DNA from: Terriglobia bacterium
GTDB taxonomy: Bacteria > Acidobacteriota > Terriglobia > JAJPHL01 > JAPKYU01
Direction of reading: 5' to 3'
DNA: 64,000 nt
NCBI GenBank assembly: GCA_965206645.1
Contig: CBDBKE010000004.1
Coordinates: 1,632,001-1,696,000 of the forward strand
Numbering within the stretch: position 1 is the stretch's first letter; the number at the start of each line of letters is the position of its first letter. The position numbers and the translations under genes are program-made. Shown here one piece after another: positions 36,414 to 47,339 of this stretch. Below the pieces are notes generated by a model. It ran no database searches. It was given only the letters and a program-made list of their open reading frames with translations, and had not been told where the DNA came from.

Positions 36414-37358
36414 CTACGCTTTCTTGACCACCTTCTTGTACCACTCGATGTCGGGGCCGGCGAATGGCTTAACGCGGGCCAGTAGTGCGTGCTTCTCGGC
36501 TGGCGGCATCGGTTGGAACTTCATGGCCAGCTCGAGGTTCTTCTCCAGCATGTCCACACGATTCATTCCGGAAATCAGCACTGACACCGGCAACGACCAA
36601 ACGTAGTGCAGGCCCTCGCGCACCGTATGGGCGCGGATCAGGGCCCGTCCCTTCGACAGCGTCTTGAACGCCAGCACGCCCATATTCTTCTCCAATACCT
36701 TAGGCAGCACCTGGTTCTGGAAGCTGTGCCAGTGCGCGTCCACGACGTTGAGGCTCATCATCACCGCGTCCCAGTCATAGCGGTCCAGCATGTCTAGGTG
36801 TACTGCCGGGTCGGTGTGGCCCGTGAAGCCGAGGTAGCGGAACTTCCCCTCTTTTCTGGCCTTCTGGGCCACTTCCATGGCGCCGCCGGGTCCGAAGATT
36901 GTCGCCACGTCCTGAAAGGTTTCCAGATTATGAAACTGCCACAGGTCAATCACGTCGGTCCGCAAGCGGCGCAGGCTGTCCTCCAGTTGTTTCTGAGCGC
37001 CGGCGGCGTCGCGCGCTTTCACCTTCGTCATCAGGAAGACCTTCTGCCGCTTGCTGGGAGCCGCCAGCGCCTTGCCCATACGCTCTTCGCTGAGACCGTC
37101 GTGGTAATTCCAGGCGTTGTCAAAGAAAGTCGCGCCCACGTCAATGGCGTGGTCCATCATTTGCAGCGACTCCTTCTCCTCACGGACCATACCTAGGTCG
37201 TAGCCGCCCAGCCCGATCATAGAGATTTTCTCGCCCGTTTTACCCAGGCGGCGTAGCGCGATGCCGGTGCCCGTGCCGGGCGGCGCCGCGTAGCTCTCCA
37301 AGGCGTGGCGTGCCGCCGCCAACGCAGCAGCCGATTGCAGGAATTCCCGACGGTTCAT
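36414..37358 (-). CDS. Aldo/keto reductase with Tat signal
   Basis: RREFL, LGKTGEKISMIGLGG, FFDNAWNY, SLRRLRTDVIDLWQFH. Confidence 0.92.
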   Translation of the reverse strand: MNRREFLQSAAALAAARHALESYAAPPGTGTGIALRRLGKTGEKISMIGLGGYDLGMVREEKESLQMMDHAIDVGATFFDNAWNYHDGLSEERMGKALAAPSKRQKVFLMTKVKARDAAGAQKQLEDSLRRLRTDVIDLWQFHNLETFQDVATIFGPGGAMEVAQKARKEGKFRYLGFTGHTDPAVHLDMLDRYDWDAVMMSLNVVDAHWHSFQNQVLPKVLEKNMGVLAFKTLSKGRALIRAHTVREGLHYVWSLPVSVLISGMNRVDMLEKNLELAMKFQPMPPAEKHALLARVKPFAGPDIEWYKKVVKKA

Positions 37359-37423
37359 GAAGGTCTCCTTTTCGATTGCGTGCTTTTCCTGCGCGGCAGT
37401 TTAGTCGTTCGAGGCCCCCATTT

Positions 37424-39089
37424 TCAACTGCTAGCCCAGAACGAATAGGTCAGCCGGTGGACCCTGGCGGAAACCTCGACGCTGCTCGAAAAAGCACTTC
37501 GATCTGCTGCCGGATTCCTTGGACACCTGCCTTCAGAATCAAGCGTCAGACCATTCGAGCCGATTGGCCGCCGGAACAAGAATACTTCTCCACCGGCCCA
37601 TTTGACGATGGAGTTCGCGCGTATGTCACTAAACAACTGCCAGCTCAACCGGTCGATGCAACACAAGCGTTAAATCGTTCTGCCGGAGTTTCAAACTCCA
37701 GCGTCTGACGGGGCCGTTCGTTCAGCTGACGTGCCACCTTGTTCAGATGCGCCTGAGAGTGCACCGACAAGTCCGTTCCCTTGGGGAAGTACTGTCGGAG
37801 TAGACCGTTGGTGTTCTCATTCGAACCGCGCTGCCATGGACTCTGAGGATCACAGAAGTATACGTCAATGTCGGTCGCCAACGTGAACCGTCGATGCTCG
37901 GCGAGCTCCAGGCCTCGATCCCAAGTCAGAGATTTGTACAGTTCCGTCGGCAGCTTCTTCGCGTGCTTGATGAGCGCCGACACGACCGTCTCCGTTTTCT
38001 TGCTGGATACTTTCGTAAGCATCACGTAGCGCGTATGACGTTCGACCAGAGTCGCAATGTGGCTGTTCTTCGATCCGGACAGCAGATCGCCTTCCCAATG
38101 ACCGGGCACGGCACGATCTTCGACCGAGGCCGGGCGCTCACGGATCGATACGATGTCGGTGATCTGTCCTCGTCCATGGCCTCTCAGACTTGCATGTCGG
38201 GATCGACGAATCGTCCGCTTTGACCGCAGATGCTGCATCAGCTCTGCCTTCAGCGCACCGCGGGCTTGAACAAACAGGCTGCGGTAGATGGTCTCGTGAG
38301 ACACGTGATAGGACGGATCCTTCGGATAGGCTCGTTTCAGCCAGCTGGCGATCTGCTCAGGCGACCAGTTTATGCTGAGCTTTCTGGCCACTACCCGTCG
38401 TAGTTGTGGATGCTTGACCAGCTGACACCGCTTCGGCCGGCGGGCCCTCTCCCCGGCTTGCTCATCGGCCTCCGCTGCTCGATAGTCATTATCGCCGCCA
38501 TTCCGCCGAATCTCCCGGCTCACCGTCGATGGTGAGCGACCCAGCAACCCGGCGATGGATCGTATCGATTGATGTGCCGCAATGCCTCGAGAGATCTCTT
38601 CGCGCTCCGACAACGTCAGTGCCCAACATGAACGGCGTGGTGGCCGAGGACGGATGCCTCCGTACGGAGCAAGCTGATGGTAAACAGACGATGGCTGCTT
38701 ACAAAACACTCGTCCAATCGACTTGAGCGACTCCCCTCGTTTCCACCGATCCCACACCTCCTCCAGTTCCGCCAGCGTGTAACCGCGACGAGCTCTTTGC
38801 TTCATCCGCATACACTCCACCTCCTCCTTTCAAGGCAAAGTGTTGCGTCGATGGGTTGAGACCACCACAGATATCCCTCGTGGACCCAGATGGGGCCCTC
38901 CGTGAAATGAAAGCCTGCAGCCAACTTTTCAATCTTGATCCCCGTCGGCACGATCGAGTCAAGCGCCGGGTCTGCCCTAACAATTTCACCGATTCCAACC
39001 GGGGCAGGCGGCGGTTCCGTGGGTTGTGGCTGACATCTCGTAAAGAACAAGGCCAGGAGGACGAGGACAATAAAACAGGGCTTGGTCAT
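37424..39089 (-). pseudogene. SMP-30/gluconolactonase-family protein interrupted by IS30, 3' part degraded
   Basis: GFHFTEGPIW..GYL and LFSDI..SNGLTLDSEGR rejoin in frame when 37638-38868 is removed. Confidence 0.85.
37638..38866 (-). mobile_element. IS30-family element, transposase 37645-~38820
   Basis: WSPEQI, GHWEGDL, WDRGLE, PWQRGSNENTNGLLRQYFPKG. Imperfect IRs (CTCAACC..TCGA.GCAACAC) and a 2-bp duplication (AC). Confidence 0.93.
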
Positions 39090-39426
39090 GCGAACCTCCG
39101 TCCAATGGAGAACGCGCAGATTGGACCACGGCTACGCTTTGAATTTCCAGCACGTGCAACGGCACTTGATCTGCCGCTCAGTCCTTATCCGGCATTTCCT
39201 AGGCAGCCGTAGCGTCGTCGTTGGGCAAAGGCCGGAGTGGGTCGCGCCGGACTGGGCTGTCAACGGCGGCAGAGCTAACAGCACCTGGCCGAGTCGCCAC
39301 GTTGACTTGCCTGCGGGTGGAGCCTAAGATTCCCTTACACTCCGGAAGCATTGCCTGTACACTCCGGCAGTATTGCCTGCAAGAGTCGAAGGGAAAACAG
39401 GCGGCCGGGGCGGTTCATCTTTGTGT

Positions 39427-40794
39427 ATGAAACTAGCCGAAAAGCAGGGCACTAGCATCCGCACCGCTGTGATGCTGGGCGCCGGTGGTGGACACCGCTT
39501 GCGCCAGGTGACGAACGGAAAGCCGAAGTGCCTGGTGAACCTGTTGGGACTCACCCTGCTCGCCCGCAACCTGCGTGCCTTGAAGGAAGTGGGCATCTTG
39601 GATGTCCTCTTGGTGGTGGGCTGCCAGGGCGATGCGATTGAAGAGGCGGTGGGGCAGCTGGATTGCGACGGCCTCAATGTCCGCTGCCTGCCAACTCCCG
39701 ACTGGAGGTTGGGCAATGGGGTCTCCTTGATGCGGGCCCAGGCGGCAGCGAGCGATGAAGCCCGCTTCCTTGTGTTGATGGCTGACCATCTGTTTGAGGT
39801 GAACACGCTGCGTGATTTCTTGCTCCGGGTCCCCGACAATGGTCACGCACATATGCTGGTGGATTTCTCCCCTAACGTCGAAGTGGATAAGGAAGACGCC
39901 ACCTACGTCCGCGTTTCGGATGACGGTGAAGTTTGCGCCATCGGCAAGGGGCTGGAAAGAGACCACGGTGTCGACTGTGGCCTGTTTGTCTTCACCCCAG
40001 CCATCTTTTCGGCTCTGGAAACGTCTTTTGCTGCGGGAGACAATTCTCTTACAGGCGGCTGCCGCTGTCTCGCCGAGCAGCACGGCTTAGCCAACGTCCC
40101 CCTCAGGGAAGGGTCCTGGCAGGACATCGACACCCCGGCCGACTACCAGAATGCCAAGAAGAGACTTCTTACGTCTCTGGCCAGCCCCGGCGACGGCCTG
40201 GTCGCTCGCCACATTAACCGGAAATTCTCGCGCCCCATCACCGCTTGGTTCTCACGAACTGCGGTCACGCCAAATCAGGTAACCATTGCTTCTTTCCTCA
40301 TGGCGCTGGCGGGAGCTGTACTGTTTGCAGTCCGAGAACCGCTATGGGCCGGACTGACCGTGCAACTGGCGTCGATTGTGGACGGCGTGGACGGCGAACT
40401 GGCTCGGCTGAAACTAAGAACGTCGGCCTTTGGCACCCTTTTGGATTCTTTGCTTGACCGCTACGCTGATGGGCTCATCGTGTTGGCGATGGGCTACTAC
40501 AGTTACACGCTCTCGCCCGGCTGGGCCCCGCTCTTAGTGACTGCGGCTGCCCTGTTGGGTGTCCCTCTGTCGATGGCGTTCAAAGATCGCTACCGAATCG
40601 CCTTCGGTTGCTCCTTTACCAGTCAAGCCGACGACGCATGGTCTCGTTATCTTCTGCCCAATCGCGATGGCCGCCTGTTCGTGGCGATGTTGGGTGGGGT
40701 GAGTGGGTTTGTGCTGCCAGCCCTAGCCTTCACCGCCGTAGTATCATACCTGGTCTTTCTACGGCGACTATTGTTATTGCGAGTTGCGAAGTAG
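39427..40794 (+). CDS. Bifunctional nucleotidyltransferase / CDP-alcohol phosphatidyltransferase (IPCT/DIPPS-like)
   Basis: GAGGGHRL..PKCL, GNGVSL, MADHL, WQDIDTP, TPNQVT and DGVDGELAR...GTLLDSLLDR. Confidence 0.85.
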   Translation: MKLAEKQGTSIRTAVMLGAGGGHRLRQVTNGKPKCLVNLLGLTLLARNLRALKEVGILDVLLVVGCQGDAIEEAVGQLDCDGLNVRCLPTPDWRLGNGVSLMRAQAAASDEARFLVLMADHLFEVNTLRDFLLRVPDNGHAHMLVDFSPNVEVDKEDATYVRVSDDGEVCAIGKGLERDHGVDCGLFVFTPAIFSALETSFAAGDNSLTGGCRCLAEQHGLANVPLREGSWQDIDTPADYQNAKKRLLTSLASPGDGLVARHINRKFSRPITAWFSRTAVTPNQVTIASFLMALAGAVLFAVREPLWAGLTVQLASIVDGVDGELARLKLRTSAFGTLLDSLLDRYADGLIVLAMGYYSYTLSPGWAPLLVTAAALLGVPLSMAFKDRYRIAFGCSFTSQADDAWSRYLLPNRDGRLFVAMLGGVSGFVLPALAFTAVVSYLVFLRRLLLLRVAK

Positions 40795-41073
40795 CTACTA
40801 GCTTTGCAAATCAACATCGGGCTCAACTGGTTCGTGAAGCTGAAGCGCCTCGTCCCCACCGGACAAAAGTGATCTGTCGTCTGGCCTCCGACCCCCGCTT
40901 CCAGGAACTGCTGCGGCGCATGAACTTCCCGCCGTCCCTTAATCGGCGACTCTGCCTAGAGGGAGGGTCAGACTTATGCAACCTTGCATATCTCGTAGGC
41001 CCTGCCGCTATTGCACGGTGAGGGTGAAGGTGTTGGAAGTGGCACCGCCGACCGCACCGCAGTGCAGTCCAGC

Positions 41074-42240
41074 CTAGGCGATCATCACGGTCCGCGGCAG
41101 CTGCGCGTTGTGCTCCAGGAACGTCCGCTTGACCTCCAGCTCCTCCGCCGTCGGCTGCACCACACCGTTGACGTCGGCCACTCGCGAGGTGACCGTGTGC
41201 TCGCCCGGCGTCGCGCCGTTCCACGTGTAGTTGAAGAACTTCCAGGCGTACTTCTCGCGCGTCGTTGCCGGATCGAGCGTCGCCGGCTGCCACGGTCCAT
41301 CATCGACCTTCACCTCGACCGAGCGGATCGGGGTGCCGTCGTGCAAAACGACGCCGAAGACGTGGTGGCCGTTCGCGGCGCGGGTGACCCGCGCGATGAA
41401 CGACTTCAGCCGCATACGCGTAATCGCCGTCTCCTTCCACTTCATCTCACCGTTGACCATCTCGCCCTTCAGGGTGCGATACCACCGCGCCTGGTACTTC
41501 CCGAGATACTGGTCTTCCTGGACGTGGATCTCGGCGAGGAATTTGACGTGGGGCGCGCCGTACCAGCCCGGGACGAGCAGGCGAAGCGGCCGGCCCTGAT
41601 GACGGGTGAGCGGCTCGCCGTTCAGGTCGTAGGCGAGCAGCGGCTCGTCCGACAGCGCTTTGTCGCGCGGCAGGCTCCGGCCGTACTGCTGGTCGACTGT
41701 GTAGGTCACCCCTCGGAACTCCACTTCCTCTTCGCCATGGTCGGCGCCGAAGAAGACGAACTCCCGCGCTTCGGCTTTTACCCCGGCGCGATCGAGCACC
41801 GCCCGCAGCGGGACGCCGGTCCAGCGCCCGTTACTCGACAGCCCGTTCAGCGGCCCGCGGTTACCCGAGCACTCGAACCCGAAGATGAGCTCGCGGCTTG
41901 GCATCGCGCGGAGGTCGGCGAGCGAGAGCGCCAGCGGCCCGTCCACCAGGCCGGAGACCCGCAAATGATACGTGGCGGTGTCGATCTCGGGGTGGCCGTA
42001 GTGCTGCGTCGTGAAGAACTGGTCGATCGGTGTGAAGAAGTCGTAGATGTGACGCACGTCGATGATGCGGTGGTCGGGGCCGCGAATCCGCCTGATCTCG
42101 TCCGGCAGGTCGGTGAACTCCATGAGCGTTTCGCCCTGCGCGAGAGCCGGAAACGCCCACTCCGGTATGCCAAGGACTCCCAGTCCCGCCATCGCGAGGC
42201 TGCCTTTGAGGATGTCACGACGCGTGGTCTGTCTTGTCAT
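41074..42240 (-). CDS. Sulfite oxidase-family molybdopterin oxidoreductase with Tat signal
   Basis: TRRDIL, FECSGN (Mo-Cys), WTGVPL, HQGRPLRLLVPGWYG..VKFL. Confidence 0.9.
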   Translation of the reverse strand: MTRQTTRRDILKGSLAMAGLGVLGIPEWAFPALAQGETLMEFTDLPDEIRRIRGPDHRIIDVRHIYDFFTPIDQFFTTQHYGHPEIDTATYHLRVSGLVDGPLALSLADLRAMPSRELIFGFECSGNRGPLNGLSSNGRWTGVPLRAVLDRAGVKAEAREFVFFGADHGEEEVEFRGVTYTVDQQYGRSLPRDKALSDEPLLAYDLNGEPLTRHQGRPLRLLVPGWYGAPHVKFLAEIHVQEDQYLGKYQARWYRTLKGEMVNGEMKWKETAITRMRLKSFIARVTRAANGHHVFGVVLHDGTPIRSVEVKVDDGPWQPATLDPATTREKYAWKFFNYTWNGATPGEHTVTSRVADVNGVVQPTAEELEVKRTFLEHNAQLPRTVMIA

Positions 42241-42599
42241 GGTAGGTCCCTTTCCGCGAACGTGTCGCTGCCGGGTTTGGAGATAAACCCTATGCGAACT
42301 ACATCGTCAACCCCTTGACGGGTTTGGTCAATAGCAAACGGTGCCCACGAACCGGCTCGGGCTGGTACCATCAGGGCCCTCGGCATCCCCGCGAGCCGGA
42401 AGCCTCGCATGCGCGGTGTGATGGCGCCCGGCGATTGTGACGTACTTTGTGACGTGACCCTGGCATCCAAGCCCAACTAACCCCTTATTACTCGGTGTGC
42501 GTCAGTGTCACATGGCACAGCGGTTGAATCGAGTCATCCCTTGCTGATCGTATCACTTGGGCTCACTCTATCTCATCGCCGCTAACATGGAACGCACAA

Positions 42600-42644
42600 T
42601 TGGGGTGCAAGAGGTCTCGGGTTCAAATCCCGACGGCCCGACCA
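42600..42644 (+). repeat. attR: duplicate of the tRNA-Pro 3' part
   Basis: TTGGGGTGCAAGAGGTCTCGGGTTCAAATCCCGACGGCCCGACCA, 44/45 identical to 5799-5843. Confidence 0.93.
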
Positions 42645-42830
42645 TTCTTTTAAAAGATGCCGTTTCAACAGGCTACGGGGATTTGACCGCTTCCTTCGCG
42701 GCTCTGTTCGTGCTCGCTATTTCGTACCTGTATCTTGTAACTTCTATCCTCCAAATCCGTCTTGTATTGCTTGAACGCCAGGTGGCTACCCTGAGTAGCT
42801 GCTCGATCATCCTTGAACGAGGTTACTTCC

Positions 42831-44659
42831 ATGGTAGGACCGTTCATTTGGAGAACCCTCCTCCTTTCCTTTCTCTCCCATGCTGTGCTATGGGCGGCAG
42901 ACAGTCCATTCATCCAAACATTGCAGATTCGTGGCAGCCGGCGGCCTCTTGAATTAGAGACGCGCTCCGGCCAAACGCTCGACCTGGTCCGTATTGAGCA
43001 CGACGTCCGTCGCCTGTGGGCGACGGGCTGGTTCAACGACATCCTGGTCGAAAGCTCTCCATCCGTGGAGGGAGTGCACCTGGTTTTCACTCTGGCAGAG
43101 AAGCCGCGGCTTCACCTGCGGCGGGTTGAGTTCGACCCCGAAAACGAGCGTCGCGCGGTGGACCTTGAGAGGGGCACGCCCATCGATGCCGTGCTGGCCA
43201 AGAGAGTGGCGGCTGCGCTGCGGCAGCAGCTAGTCGAGCAGGGTCACGCTGAGGCGACGGTGGAAGCCGGAGTGATCCCGGTGGGTTTCCAGCAGGCGGA
43301 CTTGCGGGTCCGGGTGGAGCGGGGCCGGGACTATCGGGTGCAGGAGATGCGCTTCTCGGGATCATTAGGGTTGAAGCCAAACGAGTTGCGGGGAGCGTTG
43401 CGCGCGACTCGCGCGCGCCGCTTGTTGCCTGGCGTAGGCCCGTTATGGCGAGGTTGGCGCTTACTTGCGCCTCTCAGCCAGCAGCGCCTCCAGGCCGACG
43501 TGGAACGGCTTCAGTCGCTGTATCTTTCCCGCGGCTACTTTGATGCCAAGGTAGGAATCTCCACCGTGGACACCGCAGAGGACAAAGCCACAGTTACGGT
43601 GCAGGTGGATGCGGGACCGCGCTATCGCGTGGAGCGGCTGGAGGTCGTGGGAGCCGAGTCGATCCAAGAACTTCCGCCGCAGCCGGATGGCACTTTTTCG
43701 AGTCGCGAACTGTGTCAATTCCTCTTAGAAGCACGCCGCGAGTCGGAAAGAGAGGGCAAATTTGGGTTCACCGCCTTGCTGGAAGCAAAAACGACCTCCG
43801 AACGTCTCCGGGACAGAGGGGGAATTGACCCGAAGCGAGGAGGGTTAGCTGAAACGGGTGCGGCTGCCCGCCCATGGGTCACCCTCAAGGCGAAAATTGA
43901 AACCGGGGCTGTCTATCGGGTGGGGCGGATTGAATTTCGCGGCCACCATGCGGTTGGCGATTTGACCCTGCGACGAGCCCTGCTGTTGCAAGAGGGAGAT
44001 TTGTTTGACGAGGGACGGCTGCGCCGCAGCTTGGCGCGTCTAAGCCAGCTCGTCTTGCTCGAAGCGGTTGTAGAATCGGACGTGCACGTGAAGCTAGCTC
44101 CGGAGGATCACCGCGTTGACCTGAGTATCCTGGTGAAGGAAAAGTCTCGGGGCCGTTGGGACCAGTGAGCGCCTTCGGACATCTGCAGTTCACGATTGGG
44201 TCTCGGCTACCCTCGCTAGGCTACGGACCGCTAGAACTCTCAACTTATCACGCAACCTTCTCACTGCTCGCATTGTCCTCGCCGCTGGTTAGTCTCTTGT
44301 CGTTGGTGCCTCAAGCCGACTGGCAACCGCTGGTTGCTTTGGAGCGCCCCTATCTGCCGGGCCAACGGTGGCAATCGGGTTTTCTTCTCTCACCGCAACT
44401 GGGCTGGCGAGGAACGCTGTCCAGCTACGGGCTCGCGCAGGCTCGTCAGAGTTCCCTCACGGCGCTGGGAGCAGACTCCCCACCTGCCCCACCCGTGTCC
44501 GTTCCGGTTCGATGGAGCAGCGTGGAGGGAGACAATAACTCACCAAGTTTCCCATCCGCTGGAATCCTGCGTTGTGAACCACGCAAGTCCTCCTTGGCAT
44601 GGCTGCAGGCTGCCGGGGCCATGGCTGCGAACTGGTTGCTATCGGTGAGCCCGCTATAG
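42831..44659 (+). pseudogene. POTRA-repeat (BamA N-terminus-like) protein, split near 44160
   Basis: DVRRLWATGWFNDI, LYLSRGYFDA and YRVGRIEFRG..LRR POTRA patterns. The downstream ORF 44156-44659 overlaps in another frame. Confidence 0.65.
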
Positions 44660-44720
44660 GCCGTGAATCTCCGAGGCCTGTCCTGAACATCAAAGCTTGC
44701 TACGCGTGGTTTTCAGGCAG

Positions 44721-45074
44721 CTACCGCCTCAGGGTTGCTGTTGCAGAAGCGCCGAGGCTGGTGGGGCGGGAAGGCCGCTCCCGAGTGAGGAAGTCACTCA
44801 TGATCAGGCCAATTAGGATAGCCAACCAGAAGAACCCCGCCACCACGAACACCTTTGTGAGATGACTGCTGTAGCGGACGTGCATGAAGTAGAGGGCAAC
44901 CAGAGTTGCTTTCAAAACCGCGATCAAGACCGCGGCCGCCGTATTCACCCATGCTCCTAGATCCAGCAGCTCTCCTAGATCCCACGAGGCGACAACAAAC
45001 GTGATGATGGTTAACAGGAGAAGTGCCCCAAAGACAAGGCAATAGGCTTTCAGCGAGACAACGTGGTGCGTCAT
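44721..45074 (-). CDS. Cytochrome c oxidase subunit IV (caa3-type)
   Basis: IAVLKATLVALYFMHVRYS, three TM segments. Confidence 0.88.
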   Translation of the reverse strand: MTHHVVSLKAYCLVFGALLLLTIITFVVASWDLGELLDLGAWVNTAAAVLIAVLKATLVALYFMHVRYSSHLTKVFVVAGFFWLAILIGLIMSDFLTRERPSRPTSLGASATATLRR

Positions 45075-45718
45075 AAGTGCTGCCCGAGCAGATAAAGTAA
45101 CGGGAACAGGAAAATCCACACAATATCCACGAAGTGCCAGTACAGGCCGGTCATCTCCACTGGCGAAGAGTACAGGTTTGTGTAGCGGCCGCGCCAGGAT
45201 TGAAAGACAAGAACCGCTAGAATTACAATTCCAATTACCATGTGCAGTGCGTGCATACCCGTCATGACGAAATAGAAGTAGAAGAAAAGGTGAACTTGGT
45301 TTGCACGCGGACCCTCGTAGTGGAACCAAGGGCCCGGCACCAGATGGTGCTCAAACTTGTGACTGTATTCTACAGCCTTGATGCCCAGAAATACCGAACC
45401 TAGAACAATGGTGCAGAGCAGAAACACAACCAATGCCTTGCACCTGCCGAGTTGCGCGCTATGCACAGCCAGAACCATCGTGAGGCTGCTCGCGATCAAG
45501 ACCACGGTATTGATGGCACCGAGCTCCCTGTCCAGGATCCGGCTGCCTGCGGCAAACGCCTCGGGATAGGCTGAGCGATAGACCGTGTATCCGGCAAACA
45601 GGCCACCGAAGAACATGATTTCGGTGACCAGGAACGCCCACATGCCCAGAGTGACGGCTTCGTGCTGCTGTTCCAGGTCGTCAAACTGGTGCGCCAGCGC
45701 GGCGTGTGTTTCAGACAA
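45071..45718 (-). CDS. coxC: Cytochrome c oxidase subunit III
   Basis: GMWAFLVTEIMFFGGLF, TGMHALHM, GLYWHFVDIVW. Confidence 0.95.
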   Translation of the reverse strand: MSETHAALAHQFDDLEQQHEAVTLGMWAFLVTEIMFFGGLFAGYTVYRSAYPEAFAAGSRILDRELGAINTVVLIASSLTMVLAVHSAQLGRCKALVVFLLCTIVLGSVFLGIKAVEYSHKFEHHLVPGPWFHYEGPRANQVHLFFYFYFVMTGMHALHMVIGIVILAVLVFQSWRGRYTNLYSSPVEMTGLYWHFVDIVWIFLFPLLYLLGQHL

Positions 45719-45728
45719 CTTCCGCCTC

Positions 45729-47339
45729 CTATGACGAATAGGCGTACGCTTCTTCGGTTACTGTGGGTGTTTGCTCGAAATTATGAGTGGTCGGCGGGGA
45801 CGGTGTTTCCCACTCCAGTCCCTTGGCTCCCCATGGATTCGGACCCGCAACTGGCCCGTAGCGCATGGACCAGATCAAATAGACCAGTGGGATCAGGTAT
45901 CCCACCCCGAGGATGGACGCCCCGGCTGAGGACATGACATTCAGTACCTGGAATTCTTCCGGGTAGACGTGATACCGGCGCGGCATTCCAAGATATCCAA
46001 GGAGAAATTGCGGGAAAAATGTCAGGTTGAAGCCGACAAAAATTATCAGTGCGGAAAATTTTCCCCAAGCATCCGGATACATCCGGCCGCTGATTTTCGG
46101 CCACCAAAAATGGATTCCTCCAAGATAGGCCATCAGCATCCCGCCCACCATGATGTAATGAAAGTGGGCAACCACAAAATAGGTGTCGTGCAGATGGACA
46201 TCCACTGCCAGTGAGGACAGCACCAGGCCGGTAAGCCCGCCAAGTGTGAAAAGGCCGATGAACCCCATGGCGTACAACATCGGGGTCTGGTAGGAAATGG
46301 AGCCCTTATACATGGTGGCGGTCCAGTTGAAGACTTTAATGGCGGAGGGGATCGCCACCAGGAAGCTGAGGAAGGAAAAGACCATGCCCGCGTAAATGGA
46401 CTGGCCGCTGACGAACATGTGATGGCCCCAAACCAGAAAGCCCAATGCGGCAATGAGCAGGCTGGAATAGGCCACGAACTTGTATCCAAAAATCCTTTTC
46501 CTGGAAAAACAGGTAATCAACTCGCTGATCACTCCCATGCCCGGCAGGATCATGATGTAAACGGCCGGATGGGAATAGAACCAGAATAAGTGCTGGAACA
46601 AAACCGGATCGCCTCCCAGAGCGGGATCGAAGATCCCTACCCCCAACAATCGTTCCAGCGCCACTAGGACGATCGCAATGGCCAGAACGGGCGTAGCCAA
46701 GACCATGATCAGGCTGGTCGCGTAATGCGCCCAAATGAACAGGGGTAGACGAAACCAGGTAAGCCCGGGAGCTCGCATCTTGTGGATGGTCACAATGAAG
46801 TTGAGCCCGGTTAGGATGGAGGCGAAGCCGGTGATGAAGACTCCCAGGGCCGTGGCGATGACATTGGTATTGGCGTAGGTACTGCTGTAAGGCGTGTAGA
46901 AAGTCCAACCGGTGTCTACGCCGCCGGAAACCACCGCGGAAAGGGTAAACAAGCCTCCCAGCGTAAAAATGTACCAGCTGGCGAGGTTGAGTCGCGGGAA
47001 CGCCAGGTCCCGCGCCCCGATCATCATGGGCACCAGGAAGTTGCCCAGTACGGCCGGAATCGACGGGATCAGGAAAAAGAAAACCATGACCAGGCCATGC
47101 ATGGTGAACAGTTTGTTGTAGGTCTCCGATTGGACCAGATCTCCCTGCGGGGTCATCAACTCCAGGCGCAGCAACACGGCAAATGCGCCGCCCACGATAA
47201 AGAACAAGGTAATCGTCAGCAGGTAAAGCAGCGCAATGCGCTTGTGGTCCGTAGTCAACAGCCAGGACTTCACACCGTAGCTGACGTTCAGATAGTGAAC
47301 GCGCGATTCCATCGGCGACTCGGCGAATGTTGTGCTCAT
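45729..47339 (-). CDS. coxA: Cytochrome c oxidase subunit I, type A2
   Basis: [16 protein letters not shown] (YS motif of A2 enzymes), [18 protein letters not shown]. Confidence 0.97.
   Translation of the reverse strand: MSTTFAESPMESRVHYLNVSYGVKSWLLTTDHKRIALLYLLTITLFFIVGGAFAVLLRLELMTPQGDLVQSETYNKLFTMHGLVMVFFFLIPSIPAVLGNFLVPMMIGARDLAFPRLNLASWYIFTLGGLFTLSAVVSGGVDTGWTFYTPYSSTYANTNVIATALGVFITGFASILTGLNFIVTIHKMRAPGLTWFRLPLFIWAHYATSLIMVLATPVLAIAIVLVALERLLGVGIFDPALGGDPVLFQHLFWFYSHPAVYIMILPGMGVISELITCFSRKRIFGYKFVAYSSLLIAALGFLVWGHHMFVSGQSIYAGMVFSFLSFLVAIPSAIKVFNWTATMYKGSISYQTPMLYAMGFIGLFTLGGLTGLVLSSLAVDVHLHDTYFVVAHFHYIMVGGMLMAYLGGIHFWWPKISGRMYPDAWGKFSALIIFVGFNLTFFPQFLLGYLGMPRRYHVYPEEFQVLNVMSSAGASILGVGYLIPLVYLIWSMRYGPVAGPNPWGAKGLEWETPSPPTTHNFEQTPTVTEEAYAYSS

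Larger units (their letters stand above)
5844..42644. mobile_element. tRNA-Pro-integrated genomic island: ICE core (~5.9-22.8 kb) plus IS-rich cargo
   Basis: att direct repeats, tyrosine integrase and xis next to the tRNA, a T4SS gene set, many IS, and housekeeping genes on both sides. Confidence 0.92.

Noticed and set aside
42600-42644. Possible second tRNA-Pro
   Set aside because: It lacks the 5' acceptor strand and D-arm, so it is attR.
42557-43090. ORFs spanning attR
   Set aside because: They translate tRNA-derived and intergenic sequence and show no protein features.
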